A stretch of DNA of 64,000 nt, from NCBI GenBank assembly GCA_041746255.1, contig JBGTHM010000100.1, positions 32,001-96,000 of the forward strand, written 5' to 3'. How positions within the stretch are numbered: the first letter of the stretch is position 1; each line of letters begins with the position of its first letter. Source of the DNA: Fibrobacteria bacterium. GTDB lineage: Bacteria > Fibrobacterota > Fibrobacteria > UBA11236. The position numbers and the translations under genes were made by a program. Below are positions 56,698 through 64,000 of the stretch, piece by piece. The notes beneath the pieces were generated by a model, which did no database searches, was not told where the DNA came from, and saw only the letters and a program-made list of their open reading frames with translations.

Positions 56698-59600
56698 TCA
56701 GGGTTTGGGCAGTACCGCAAGCGGAACTACCAACAACAAACCGTCCGCCGATAGTTTCGGTTTGCTCGCGTCCGTTTCCACCGCCAATACGATATAGGCT
56801 TCGGCCGTTGCGGCATCGTTTACCATCACGGCATTTACCTGGCTATTCATGGAAGCCGAAGCAGCGACCACCACGACCATTCCGAGATCATCCGGATGAC
56901 GGACAACCAAGACCTTGTTCTGTTTATTGGTCAGAACACTCATGACAATATCGGTCGATCCGGAATACAATTTCGGTCCCGAAGTTTGCGTTGAGTCGCA
57001 GGGTCCCTTCATCGGATCGCAGGGAGGAGGAGGCTGGGTACAATCGGCCCGATTCGGATCGCAAGGAGGCGGGCTGCAGGGTCCCATCGTCGTATCGCAT
57101 GGAGGCGGAGGAGGAGGCGTGCTTCCGCAAACCATGCCCGCTATCTCGGTATAATGAGAAGCTGGCCGGGCCTCGACTACATACACACGGGTACGCACTT
57201 CTCCCGCGCCGTCGAACATTTTTTCCATGCGCGCCGGCTGATCCATTTGGAATTGATCCTGGATCACGATGAAAACGGAGCCATTCGATGCGAGCATTTG
57301 CTTATCGCGCTCGAAGTTGTCCTTATCCATTTGCGAGGCATCGGTACGCAAAGCAATTTGTTCCAAGGTAATTCCGATTTGACCGCAATTGGGAGCCGGC
57401 ATTTCCTTCACATTCTTTTCATTGTTCACGCTTTTGAAAACGCGTCCGTTGAAGGCCACGTAGAAGGGAGCTCCCTCCTGTATTCCATCCGCAATCATGA
57501 CTTTCTTGAATTGACTTACTCCCGAAATGAAGGGACGGGCGAAAGAATTCACGGGAGGCGGTATATACCCTGTACTGTCGCAAGGACCTCGGGCGGGATC
57601 GCAATGGGGCGGCGGAGGCGGCATGGTACCGACAAAGCCGGTGCCGAACTCATCCCTTTGTATCCAACCCTTCATCGTACCCTTCAGCCCCGTGTTATTG
57701 GCGAGAACCTCCATTTCCGTGTCCCTGGCTTTCATGGATAGCTGGCCCGGAATACTGCGTAACCGGCCCGCGGAATCCGTTTCCGAGAAGAAATGGCCGT
57801 CGATGTTCCAGTTTCCATCGACACGGGACATGCGTCCGCCAAAATCGCCGCGGGTGATTACCACCTCGTTTTTATTTTCAAAGCGCGCATGGAATTCATA
57901 ACCACCGTCGGGTTGCAGCCGGAATTCCAGCCTTTCCGAAGTCGCCAGCGTATCGCCGAATTCGTCTATGAGAATAGCGGTTCCGTTTCCGAGGACAAGC
58001 TTGGAATTCTCGGTCACGCCTGAAGGGGGATGTCGATAGACCGCGGGGCCCATGGGTCCTGGAGCGGGGCCGGGGACGAAACCGCCGCCTCCACCCAGCA
58101 TGTGGTCCACGCTCTCGCCTCTACCGCTGGAGGCGAATTCGCCTACGAAGGGTCCGACGCCGAAACTGGTCGAGGTCTTCGCCACAGCGGAAATCATGTC
58201 TACCGGACCGCGCATAATCGACATCACTTTGTCGTAATGGCCACGGAGCAGGTAAGCACGGCCGGACATGGGACCGTCCTTGGGAAGAATCACCTGGAAG
58301 GAGAATTCACCCATGGCGTCGTTAAAACCGGCGGCCACGGTGTCCTTTAGGGTATCGCGACCCAGAATGAAGGAGTAGGCGACCAACAACCCTTTAGCGC
58401 TATCGGTATAAGCCCTAAAGTTGAGCGCGTTCATTTCTCCAGATTGATTGCGGAATTTACCCGTAAAAACTCCGGTCGGTCTCTCGGCGCGGGGCCGAGT
58501 GCCGGGATTGTTTAAAGGATCGTTCGGATTGGTGCCCATCAAAGCTTCAATATCGTCCGGAAAGCCGTCCCCATCAGAATCAATCCACTCGATAGGCGGC
58601 TTCAACCCGCGAAGGGCCACGATTTGGGCTTTAATTCCCTCGGGTGAAGCCTTGGTTTCCACCAGCTTTTTAGAACCGTCGGGATCCAGAAGCCGCTCGA
58701 TGAAATCGGGCATGCCATCACCGTCGGTGTCGACGCGAAAATCCGGATACGAATTGCGGTCATGGGGATTGGTCCCATATTTGAGCTCGATGAAATCGGG
58801 GAAGCCGTCCATGTCCGAGTCACCGAAACCCATGGATCCGCCCGGCATGGGCATATGGACTTGGTTATCAAAGCGGGCGAAAGCATCTCCCTGCGGAAAG
58901 TCGCGCACCGCGAAATATCCGCGGGTCGCTCCGAAATCGGACTCCCCGTAGAAGCGATCCATCTTGAACCCGTTGGCTAGGAATTGCGAAGCCGAGGTAT
59001 CTTTAACGGCGACTACCTTCCAATGGTATACGCCGGCCTTACCGGAATCCAGATTCACCATTTTGTCGAGCACGAACTCGAACATGGCTCGTTCCCATCC
59101 CGGCAGACGCAGGTCTTGCGCCCGTCTGAGAATAGGAGTGGCATTGGTTCCCGCCACTTTGGCGCCGGCATCAAGCGCGAAGGAATGCTCCGCGCCTTTT
59201 CCCTTGTGCTTGACGAAAAGCAAGGCGCCGTATGGAGGCCGGCCTCCCGTGAATTTCCCGTCCTCGGCCAAACCTACCAGATATCCGCCGACACTGTCAT
59301 GCGCGGAACCCTTGAACTTGAAGGTGACACCGCCTTCGCTATTACCTGCGTTCGCCTGTCCGTCTACGGGGCTGATCAGGTTGATAGGCTCCACCTTGTT
59401 AAAGGCGAAGTCGCCGCTTTGTACACCGCGATCGAAGTCGGCTTTGGAAATCTCATTCTCGGACGGCAGGATGTTCAATACCAGCCACTTGCTGCCATTG
59501 TTTACCAAGACGAAGCGGAGAATATCATAGCGGGTATCTTCCAGGCTCGGCCCACGTGAGCAGTAGTGGTGGATATCCCTAAAGTTTACGCGATTGAATT

Positions 59601-61518
59601 TTTCATGCGAAATCGATTTCACCGCGACCTTAGCGGTATCGCCTTCAATGATGATATTGGGATCCACTTGGAATTCTTCGCGGAGTTCGAGCTTTACCGG
59701 CTCCAGCATCACTGTCGAAGTACTCCGAAGTATTTCGCCCATGAACCGTTCATCATGCTGGGCGTTGGTCTGATTTACCGGGCCCGCGAATCGGGAGAAA
59801 TCAGGTGCGAATCCATACTTCTTGCCCTCATAGGTCAAGAATGGACGTCCGGCATCCCAAGTGATGCCCGAAGAGATTAGCATCCTATCTTTGGTCCATA
59901 CGCGGGGAGCCATACCCGGCTGCACATAGGCTTCAACCCAGATAAAGTTATCAGCGGATCCACCTTCAGCCACGACTTTCCATCGGGCGAGATGGCCGTC
60001 CTTACACACGCCTGCGGTATCGTAGACGGGCGCCGGAAATCCAGCCGCTAAAGTCTGACGCTGGGCCACATCCTGGCGGATCATATCGAGAAATTGCTGG
60101 CGGCCCATGATACCGTCACTGGAAACCATACGCATGTTGGCGTGAAAATTTACGCTGAACCGCGCCAGATCGCCGCTTAGATAGGCGTCGAACATATTCT
60201 CCACGGCCAAAGCGATTTTAAGTTTCTCTCCGTCCGCGGAAGCCACCGCGCCTTCGAAATCCCTAACCTTGAAGGAAAGAGTATATTCCGAACCCAGGTC
60301 ATTGCCTAAAACATCTTTGGTGCCGGCCGGGAGTTTGATGGTATAGGTTTCGCCTACCTTAAGGCGGCTGTTATGGTTGAAGACCACGCGCGGACCGAAT
60401 ACTTCCCAGGTTCCGCGCACCGATGGCTCGATAACCGCATTTTTCAATATAGAGAAAATCTCCACCGGACGGGTGAAGGTAAGCGATGGATTTTGATTGG
60501 GTTTCAGAGTGCCGTCCTTGGCCGGAAAGGAGTTCGCCACCTCGAATTTGACTTTCGCCAATTCCGAAGCTTCTACCGCACGGAAGGTCGCATAGGTGGT
60601 TTTTTGCAAGGAGTTTTTAGCCAAATCCTTAAGGCCCGTCGAAATAATGATGCCGTATTGCACACCGACTTCCATCTCAGGGATCACCAGGGTAAATTGC
60701 CGGCTATCGCCATTCCAGGAGGATTGGACTTCCTTCAGAGTGTCGGAAAGAACCACGCTACTCGAGCTGTTGGAGGTATCGATCTTACCGATGACGATGC
60801 TCCGTGCGGATTCACGGCTCATCGGCTCCGAAAAAACGATATTCACTCGGCCATTTTTTGCCGGGATGGAACTGACCATGAATACATTGCTGTTATTGGG
60901 TGATGTCGCGTCGAAAACGCTGGTCACCACCGGCGAGGTCACGTCTTCAATGGCCGTGGCCGTATCCACCCTGACGATGCTGTCTTTGATGGGATTGATA
61001 TTGGGAATGGAAGCCGTGACCAGTTCGAAGGTTTCCAGGTTCAGGTAAACCGCGAAGCCGAAATATTGACCTTCGTTAAGCACAGCGGCATAAGCGCCGA
61101 CACTATCAGTTTTAAGCGTGGTATCGGCGGCCGTGGTCGGAGCCAATGCATCGAAAAGCAGAATGGTCGCACCGGTAAGCGGAATTTCCTCTCTATTGAG
61201 GAAACGTTGCTGACCTCCCGCGTTGCGGGCCTGTTTAGCTAATCCTTCGAAGGGCTTGGTGCCTTCTCCGGTAAGGAAACCTGTGATTACTCCCTTACCT
61301 TTATTGGCCTTCACCAAGTCCTGCAATTTTCCCAGATCTTCTTTTTTGGGTTCGGTACCGGGATCCACGGTTTTGGATATATCCTTGGCTTTGGAACAGC
61401 CGGAAAAAGCCAATAGGGCAGCCGCCGCCAACAGGGTTAAGAACGCCCTGCTCTTGATCCAGAAGGAAGCTGTAGAGCCGTTTTGTTTGCCATTACAGTA
61501 ATCGGGTTCGGGTTGCAT
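56698..61518 (-). CDS. Large mosaic surface lipoprotein (Ig-like Big_5, NTF2-like, TSP3-like Ca-binding repeats, Pro/Cys repeats)
   Basis: FSGC lipobox; IVFSEPM, LKDLAKN, SFPA, KDVLGN (Big_5-like); three DxDxDG.PD.IE repeats; PPPCD repeats; AGGAGG RBS. Confidence 0.8.
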   Translation of the reverse strand: MQPEPDYCNGKQNGSTASFWIKSRAFLTLLAAAALLAFSGCSKAKDISKTVDPGTEPKKEDLGKLQDLVKANKGKGVITGFLTGEGTKPFEGLAKQARNAGGQQRFLNREEIPLTGATILLFDALAPTTAADTTLKTDSVGAYAAVLNEGQYFGFAVYLNLETFELVTASIPNINPIKDSIVRVDTATAIEDVTSPVVTSVFDATSPNNSNVFMVSSIPAKNGRVNIVFSEPMSRESARSIVIGKIDTSNSSSSVVLSDTLKEVQSSWNGDSRQFTLVIPEMEVGVQYGIIISTGLKDLAKNSLQKTTYATFRAVEASELAKVKFEVANSFPAKDGTLKPNQNPSLTFTRPVEIFSILKNAVIEPSVRGTWEVFGPRVVFNHNSRLKVGETYTIKLPAGTKDVLGNDLGSEYTLSFKVRDFEGAVASADGEKLKIALAVENMFDAYLSGDLARFSVNFHANMRMVSSDGIMGRQQFLDMIRQDVAQRQTLAAGFPAPVYDTAGVCKDGHLARWKVVAEGGSADNFIWVEAYVQPGMAPRVWTKDRMLISSGITWDAGRPFLTYEGKKYGFAPDFSRFAGPVNQTNAQHDERFMGEILRSTSTVMLEPVKLELREEFQVDPNIIIEGDTAKVAVKSISHEKFNRVNFRDIHHYCSRGPSLEDTRYDILRFVLVNNGSKWLVLNILPSENEISKADFDRGVQSGDFAFNKVEPINLISPVDGQANAGNSEGGVTFKFKGSAHDSVGGYLVGLAEDGKFTGGRPPYGALLFVKHKGKGAEHSFALDAGAKVAGTNATPILRRAQDLRLPGWERAMFEFVLDKMVNLDSGKAGVYHWKVVAVKDTSASQFLANGFKMDRFYGESDFGATRGYFAVRDFPQGDAFARFDNQVHMPMPGGSMGFGDSDMDGFPDFIELKYGTNPHDRNSYPDFRVDTDGDGMPDFIERLLDPDGSKKLVETKASPEGIKAQIVALRGLKPPIEWIDSDGDGFPDDIEALMGTNPNDPLNNPGTRPRAERPTGVFTGKFRNQSGEMNALNFRAYTDSAKGLLVAYSFILGRDTLKDTVAAGFNDAMGEFSFQVILPKDGPMSGRAYLLRGHYDKVMSIMRGPVDMISAVAKTSTSFGVGPFVGEFASSGRGESVDHMLGGGGGFVPGPAPGPMGPAVYRHPPSGVTENSKLVLGNGTAILIDEFGDTLATSERLEFRLQPDGGYEFHARFENKNEVVITRGDFGGRMSRVDGNWNIDGHFFSETDSAGRLRSIPGQLSMKARDTEMEVLANNTGLKGTMKGWIQRDEFGTGFVGTMPPPPPHCDPARGPCDSTGYIPPPVNSFARPFISGVSQFKKVMIADGIQEGAPFYVAFNGRVFKSVNNEKNVKEMPAPNCGQIGITLEQIALRTDASQMDKDNFERDKQMLASNGSVFIVIQDQFQMDQPARMEKMFDGAGEVRTRVYVVEARPASHYTEIAGMVCGSTPPPPPPCDTTMGPCSPPPCDPNRADCTQPPPPCDPMKGPCDSTQTSGPKLYSGSTDIVMSVLTNKQNKVLVVRHPDDLGMVVVVAASASMNSQVNAVMVNDAATAEAYIVLAVETDASKPKLSADGLLLVVPLAVLPKP
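56990..57117 (-). repeat. Three tandem intragenic PPP-CD-x5-C repeats (fourth copy at about 57572-57624)
   Basis: PPPPPPCDTTMGPCS / PPPCDPNRADCTQ / PPPPCDPMKGPCDST, plus PPPPHCDPARGPCDST. Confidence 0.85.
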
Positions 61519-61670
61519 ATGGGTGTTATCCTCCTGGTTGAAAATGGTTCGGAACGCTGAGTCATTCTAGGCGGTGGTCGACGGGACAACCAAGACTTTT
61601 TTCGCAATATAAAGGTGTTTGGGTTTTATTAAGTTTATGAGCTGAATAGGCACAGGAAGGAACGGGTATT

Positions 61671-62561
61671 ATGGCCGTACAAAGTATGACGGGATTCGGA
61701 AGCGCCGATTTACAGGACGGTAAGGGACGCGTTTCCGTGGAATTGAAATCGGTCAATGGTCGATTTCTGGAGTTCCAGTGCCGGGTTCCGCGCGCCTTGG
61801 CGCCGCTTGAATCCAAACTCAAACAGATCTTATCCAAACATGTGACGAGGGGTAATGTCACCTGCCAAATTCAATGGGACCCGCTGGACAATAACGAGAG
61901 TACGGGGAAATTCAATTTAAGGGCCGCGGAGGCTTACATCGTGGCCGCCAAGCAACTGCAATCGCGCATGAACGTCCCCGCGACCCTGAATCTTCTGGAT
62001 TTATTGCGGCTGCCGGAGGTCATGGCGGGAGAGGCGGAGCCCGAGGAGCTGTTACACTCGGAATTGGCCGACCGGGTCCTCCCGGTTTTCGAATCCGCCT
62101 GCGCCCAATTGGAATTGATGCGCGCCGAGGAAGGAAACCTCCTGGTCCAGGATATGCGGAAGCGCATTGAAGATTTTTCCGTCATTCTGAAGAAGATCAA
62201 GGTTTTGCTGCCGGAGCGAAATCGGGAATACCTGGAAAAAGTGCGTGCCCGGGTCCATGAAATCGTGGGAGACAACGCCTTAGTAGCCGAAGAACGGCTC
62301 ACAACTGAAATCGGAATCATGGCCGAGAGATTGGATGTAACCGAGGAAGTCGTCCGCATGGAGGCCCATATCAGCCAATTCCTGGAAAGTCTCGCAAACC
62401 ACGCGGCTCCGGGGAAAAGGCTCGGTTTCCTCTTACAGGAAATGCATAGGGAAGTGAATACCTTGGGAACCAAAGCGCAGTATGCGGAGATTCAGCATTT
62501 GTGCGTAGGCTTGAAAGAGGACCTGGAAATTGTCAGGGAGCAGGTTCAGAATCTGGAGTAG
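61671..62561 (+). CDS. YicC/YloC family endoribonuclease
   Basis: SMTGFG, ELKSVN.RFLE, RG.V, EEVVR, GKRLGFLLQEMHREVNT, REQVQNLE. Confidence 0.95.
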   Translation: MAVQSMTGFGSADLQDGKGRVSVELKSVNGRFLEFQCRVPRALAPLESKLKQILSKHVTRGNVTCQIQWDPLDNNESTGKFNLRAAEAYIVAAKQLQSRMNVPATLNLLDLLRLPEVMAGEAEPEELLHSELADRVLPVFESACAQLELMRAEEGNLLVQDMRKRIEDFSVILKKIKVLLPERNREYLEKVRARVHEIVGDNALVAEERLTTEIGIMAERLDVTEEVVRMEAHISQFLESLANHAAPGKRLGFLLQEMHREVNTLGTKAQYAEIQHLCVGLKEDLEIVREQVQNLE

Positions 62562-62583
62562 AAGGCGCCCTTTACCTTAAGCG

Positions 62584-62943
62584 TCAAATCTTTGACTTCA
62601 CCTCAAGTACGTCCGCGAATTCCTTCTGGAAAATCCGTTTCAATTGATCCAATGATAGCGGGGTGGTAACCATATCGATTTCCAGTTCCTTGGCGCGCTG
62701 GATTTCCTTGGGCTTGGGCATATGCCCATGCGAGTAGCATATCATGATGATATCGACCTCTTCCGCAACCTCCATAAGCCGGGTATGCACCAAATTCGTG
62801 ACGAGCATGATATTGGTGAAATCGTCGGTCAACTCGTTCAGGTCGGAACCCAGGTAGACCATGTCAACGGAATCATGCAGGAGTTCCTCGTTCACAAGGA
62901 CTCCCTGGATGGCGTCAATCAAGGCCCGCGCATCAACCTGCAT
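62584..62943 (-). CDS. Stand-alone DRTGG-like domain protein
   Basis: SDL..L, LVTNL, DI..I....G..P...I..AKE..I....T pattern. Confidence 0.6.
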   Translation of the reverse strand: MQVDARALIDAIQGVLVNEELLHDSVDMVYLGSDLNELTDDFTNIMLVTNLVHTRLMEVAEEVDIIMICYSHGHMPKPKEIQRAKELEIDMVTTPLSLDQLKRIFQKEFADVLEVKSKI

Positions 62944-63268
62944 ACAAAAACAACCTTCCTGAAAATGATGTTCTGAATTTATCTGATATTCCCACGGATT
63001 TCATGTTAAATCGAGGGGAACCTTAAAAATATAGATCATTGCCCCGATCAAGCGGTAAACTGTTCAGGAGGGATAGGCCCATTTCGCTTCCCAAATCGGA
63101 TTTTTTCCCGGAGTTTCGCAAGTAGCAGGTAATTTGGCGCCATATTACTTGGGAAATTTTGTTAAATTTCTAAAATCCATCCTAACTAGCGCCTCCTTAT
63201 GCACCAAGAGGTGGTCTGGGCCAGGAATGGAAGAGGACCGACGGCATTCCCGTCAAATGGAGAATTCA

Positions 63269-63448
63269 ATGCCAGTAATTTTTCTTTTTATCGCCCTGTT
63301 GCTCTTTGCCGGCTGCGCCAACAAACCGAGCATGACTTCCGGAACTTCTGAAATCGAGCTCGATAGCGCCCGGAGAGCGGCGGAAAAAGCCGAACTCGAG
63401 GCCGCCGAATTGAGAAGAGAACTTCGTGCTAAAAACAATAACTCCTAA
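63269..63448 (+). CDS. Small coiled-coil lipoprotein
   Basis: GGAG RBS, FAGC lipobox, Ala/Glu/Arg-rich helix. Confidence 0.65.
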   Translation: MPVIFLFIALLLFAGCANKPSMTSGTSEIELDSARRAAEKAELEAAELRRELRAKNNNS

Positions 63449-63463
63449 AAACCGCCCTCACCA

Positions 63464-64000
63464 TTGGAACCCCGCTTGTCTCTGCTAAACCTTGCCGTCT
63501 CCGACGAAGATAAAATTGCCTTGGCCGGAGAAGCGGAAAGAAATTTCGTCCGCATTGAAAAGGATTTCGGCGTCTCCTTGCTGACCCGTAACCCTGGAAT
63601 ATCCATTCAGGCCAGGGAGGCTACTTCGGCCGTAAAAGCCAAGGCGGCATTGGAACGCTTGCTCCAAGCCCATAAAACCGGGCATCAACTCACGGAATTC
63701 TATGTGCAGGAGCTGATGGGGCAGAACCCCCTCTCACCGGATCAAGGAGGGGTTGAAGCCCAGACTCCTTTTCAGCCGCATCTGGAAAAGCCGATTCTGA
63801 TCGATAGGCTCGGCAGCCCGATACAGCCTAAAACCCGGGGTCAAGCCCGATTCATTCAAAGCATCAAGCAGCACGACATCGTTTTGGCCGCGGGGCCTGC
63901 CGGAACCGGAAAAACATTTTTGGCCGTGGCCTTGGCTGTGCAGGCTTTGGAAAAGAAACTGGTCGATCGCATTATCTTGGTGCGACCCGCAGTGGAATCC
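63464..64000 (+). CDS. PhoH family ATPase (5' part; runs off the window)
   Basis: Manual translation from TTG at 63464: ...IQPKTRGQ..HDIVLAAGPAGTGKTFLAV..RIILVRPAVE. Confidence 0.93.
   Translation, partial: MEPRLSLLNLAVSDEDKIALAGEAERNFVRIEKDFGVSLLTRNPGISIQAREATSAVKAKAALERLLQAHKTGHQLTEFYVQELMGQNPLSPDQGGVEAQTPFQPHLEKPILIDRLGSPIQPKTRGQARFIQSIKQHDIVLAAGPAGTGKTFLAVALAVQALEKKLVDRIILVRPAVES

Noticed and set aside
56990..57117. CRISPR array or DNA-level tandem repeat
   Set aside because: The repeats are in-frame coding, diverged at synonymous sites and have no spacers or cas genes.

Overview
Gene-dense stretch of a diderm bacterial chromosome with about 56 CDS and two tRNAs (Cys-GCA, Gly-CCC). I found no mobile element, prophage or CRISPR array. 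The organism is probably Fibrobacterota/FCB group; this is inferred from a Fibrobacter-type LexA box before recA, T9SS-like C-terminal tails and the envelope gene content. Housekeeping genes: acpS, ndk, glpD, rplU-rpmA, mutY, cinA-recA, yicC-like, and partial phoH-like and pseudouridine synthase genes at the two edges. Best candidate for an undescribed system: a tightly coupled minus-strand operon (about 9.5-20.8 kb) joining an Opp/Dpp-type ABC importer to a lipoprotein, a TPR protein, a TolB-like propeller, a membrane-anchored Pro-rich/TPR protein and a tandem CsgG-like protein, next to PEGA-TamA-TamB genes. Other oddities: an archaeal-type geranylgeranyl reductase with its own ferredoxin; a eukaryote-like diacylglycerol kinase; a Ser/Thr kinase missing both residues of the APE-Glu/Arg salt bridge; an FlhB-tail protein heading a partner-switching cassette; an FGE-fold lipoprotein with a large insertion; a 1606-aa mosaic lipoprotein with Pro/Cys repeats. 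All calls come from motif recognition by eye. No database searches were run.
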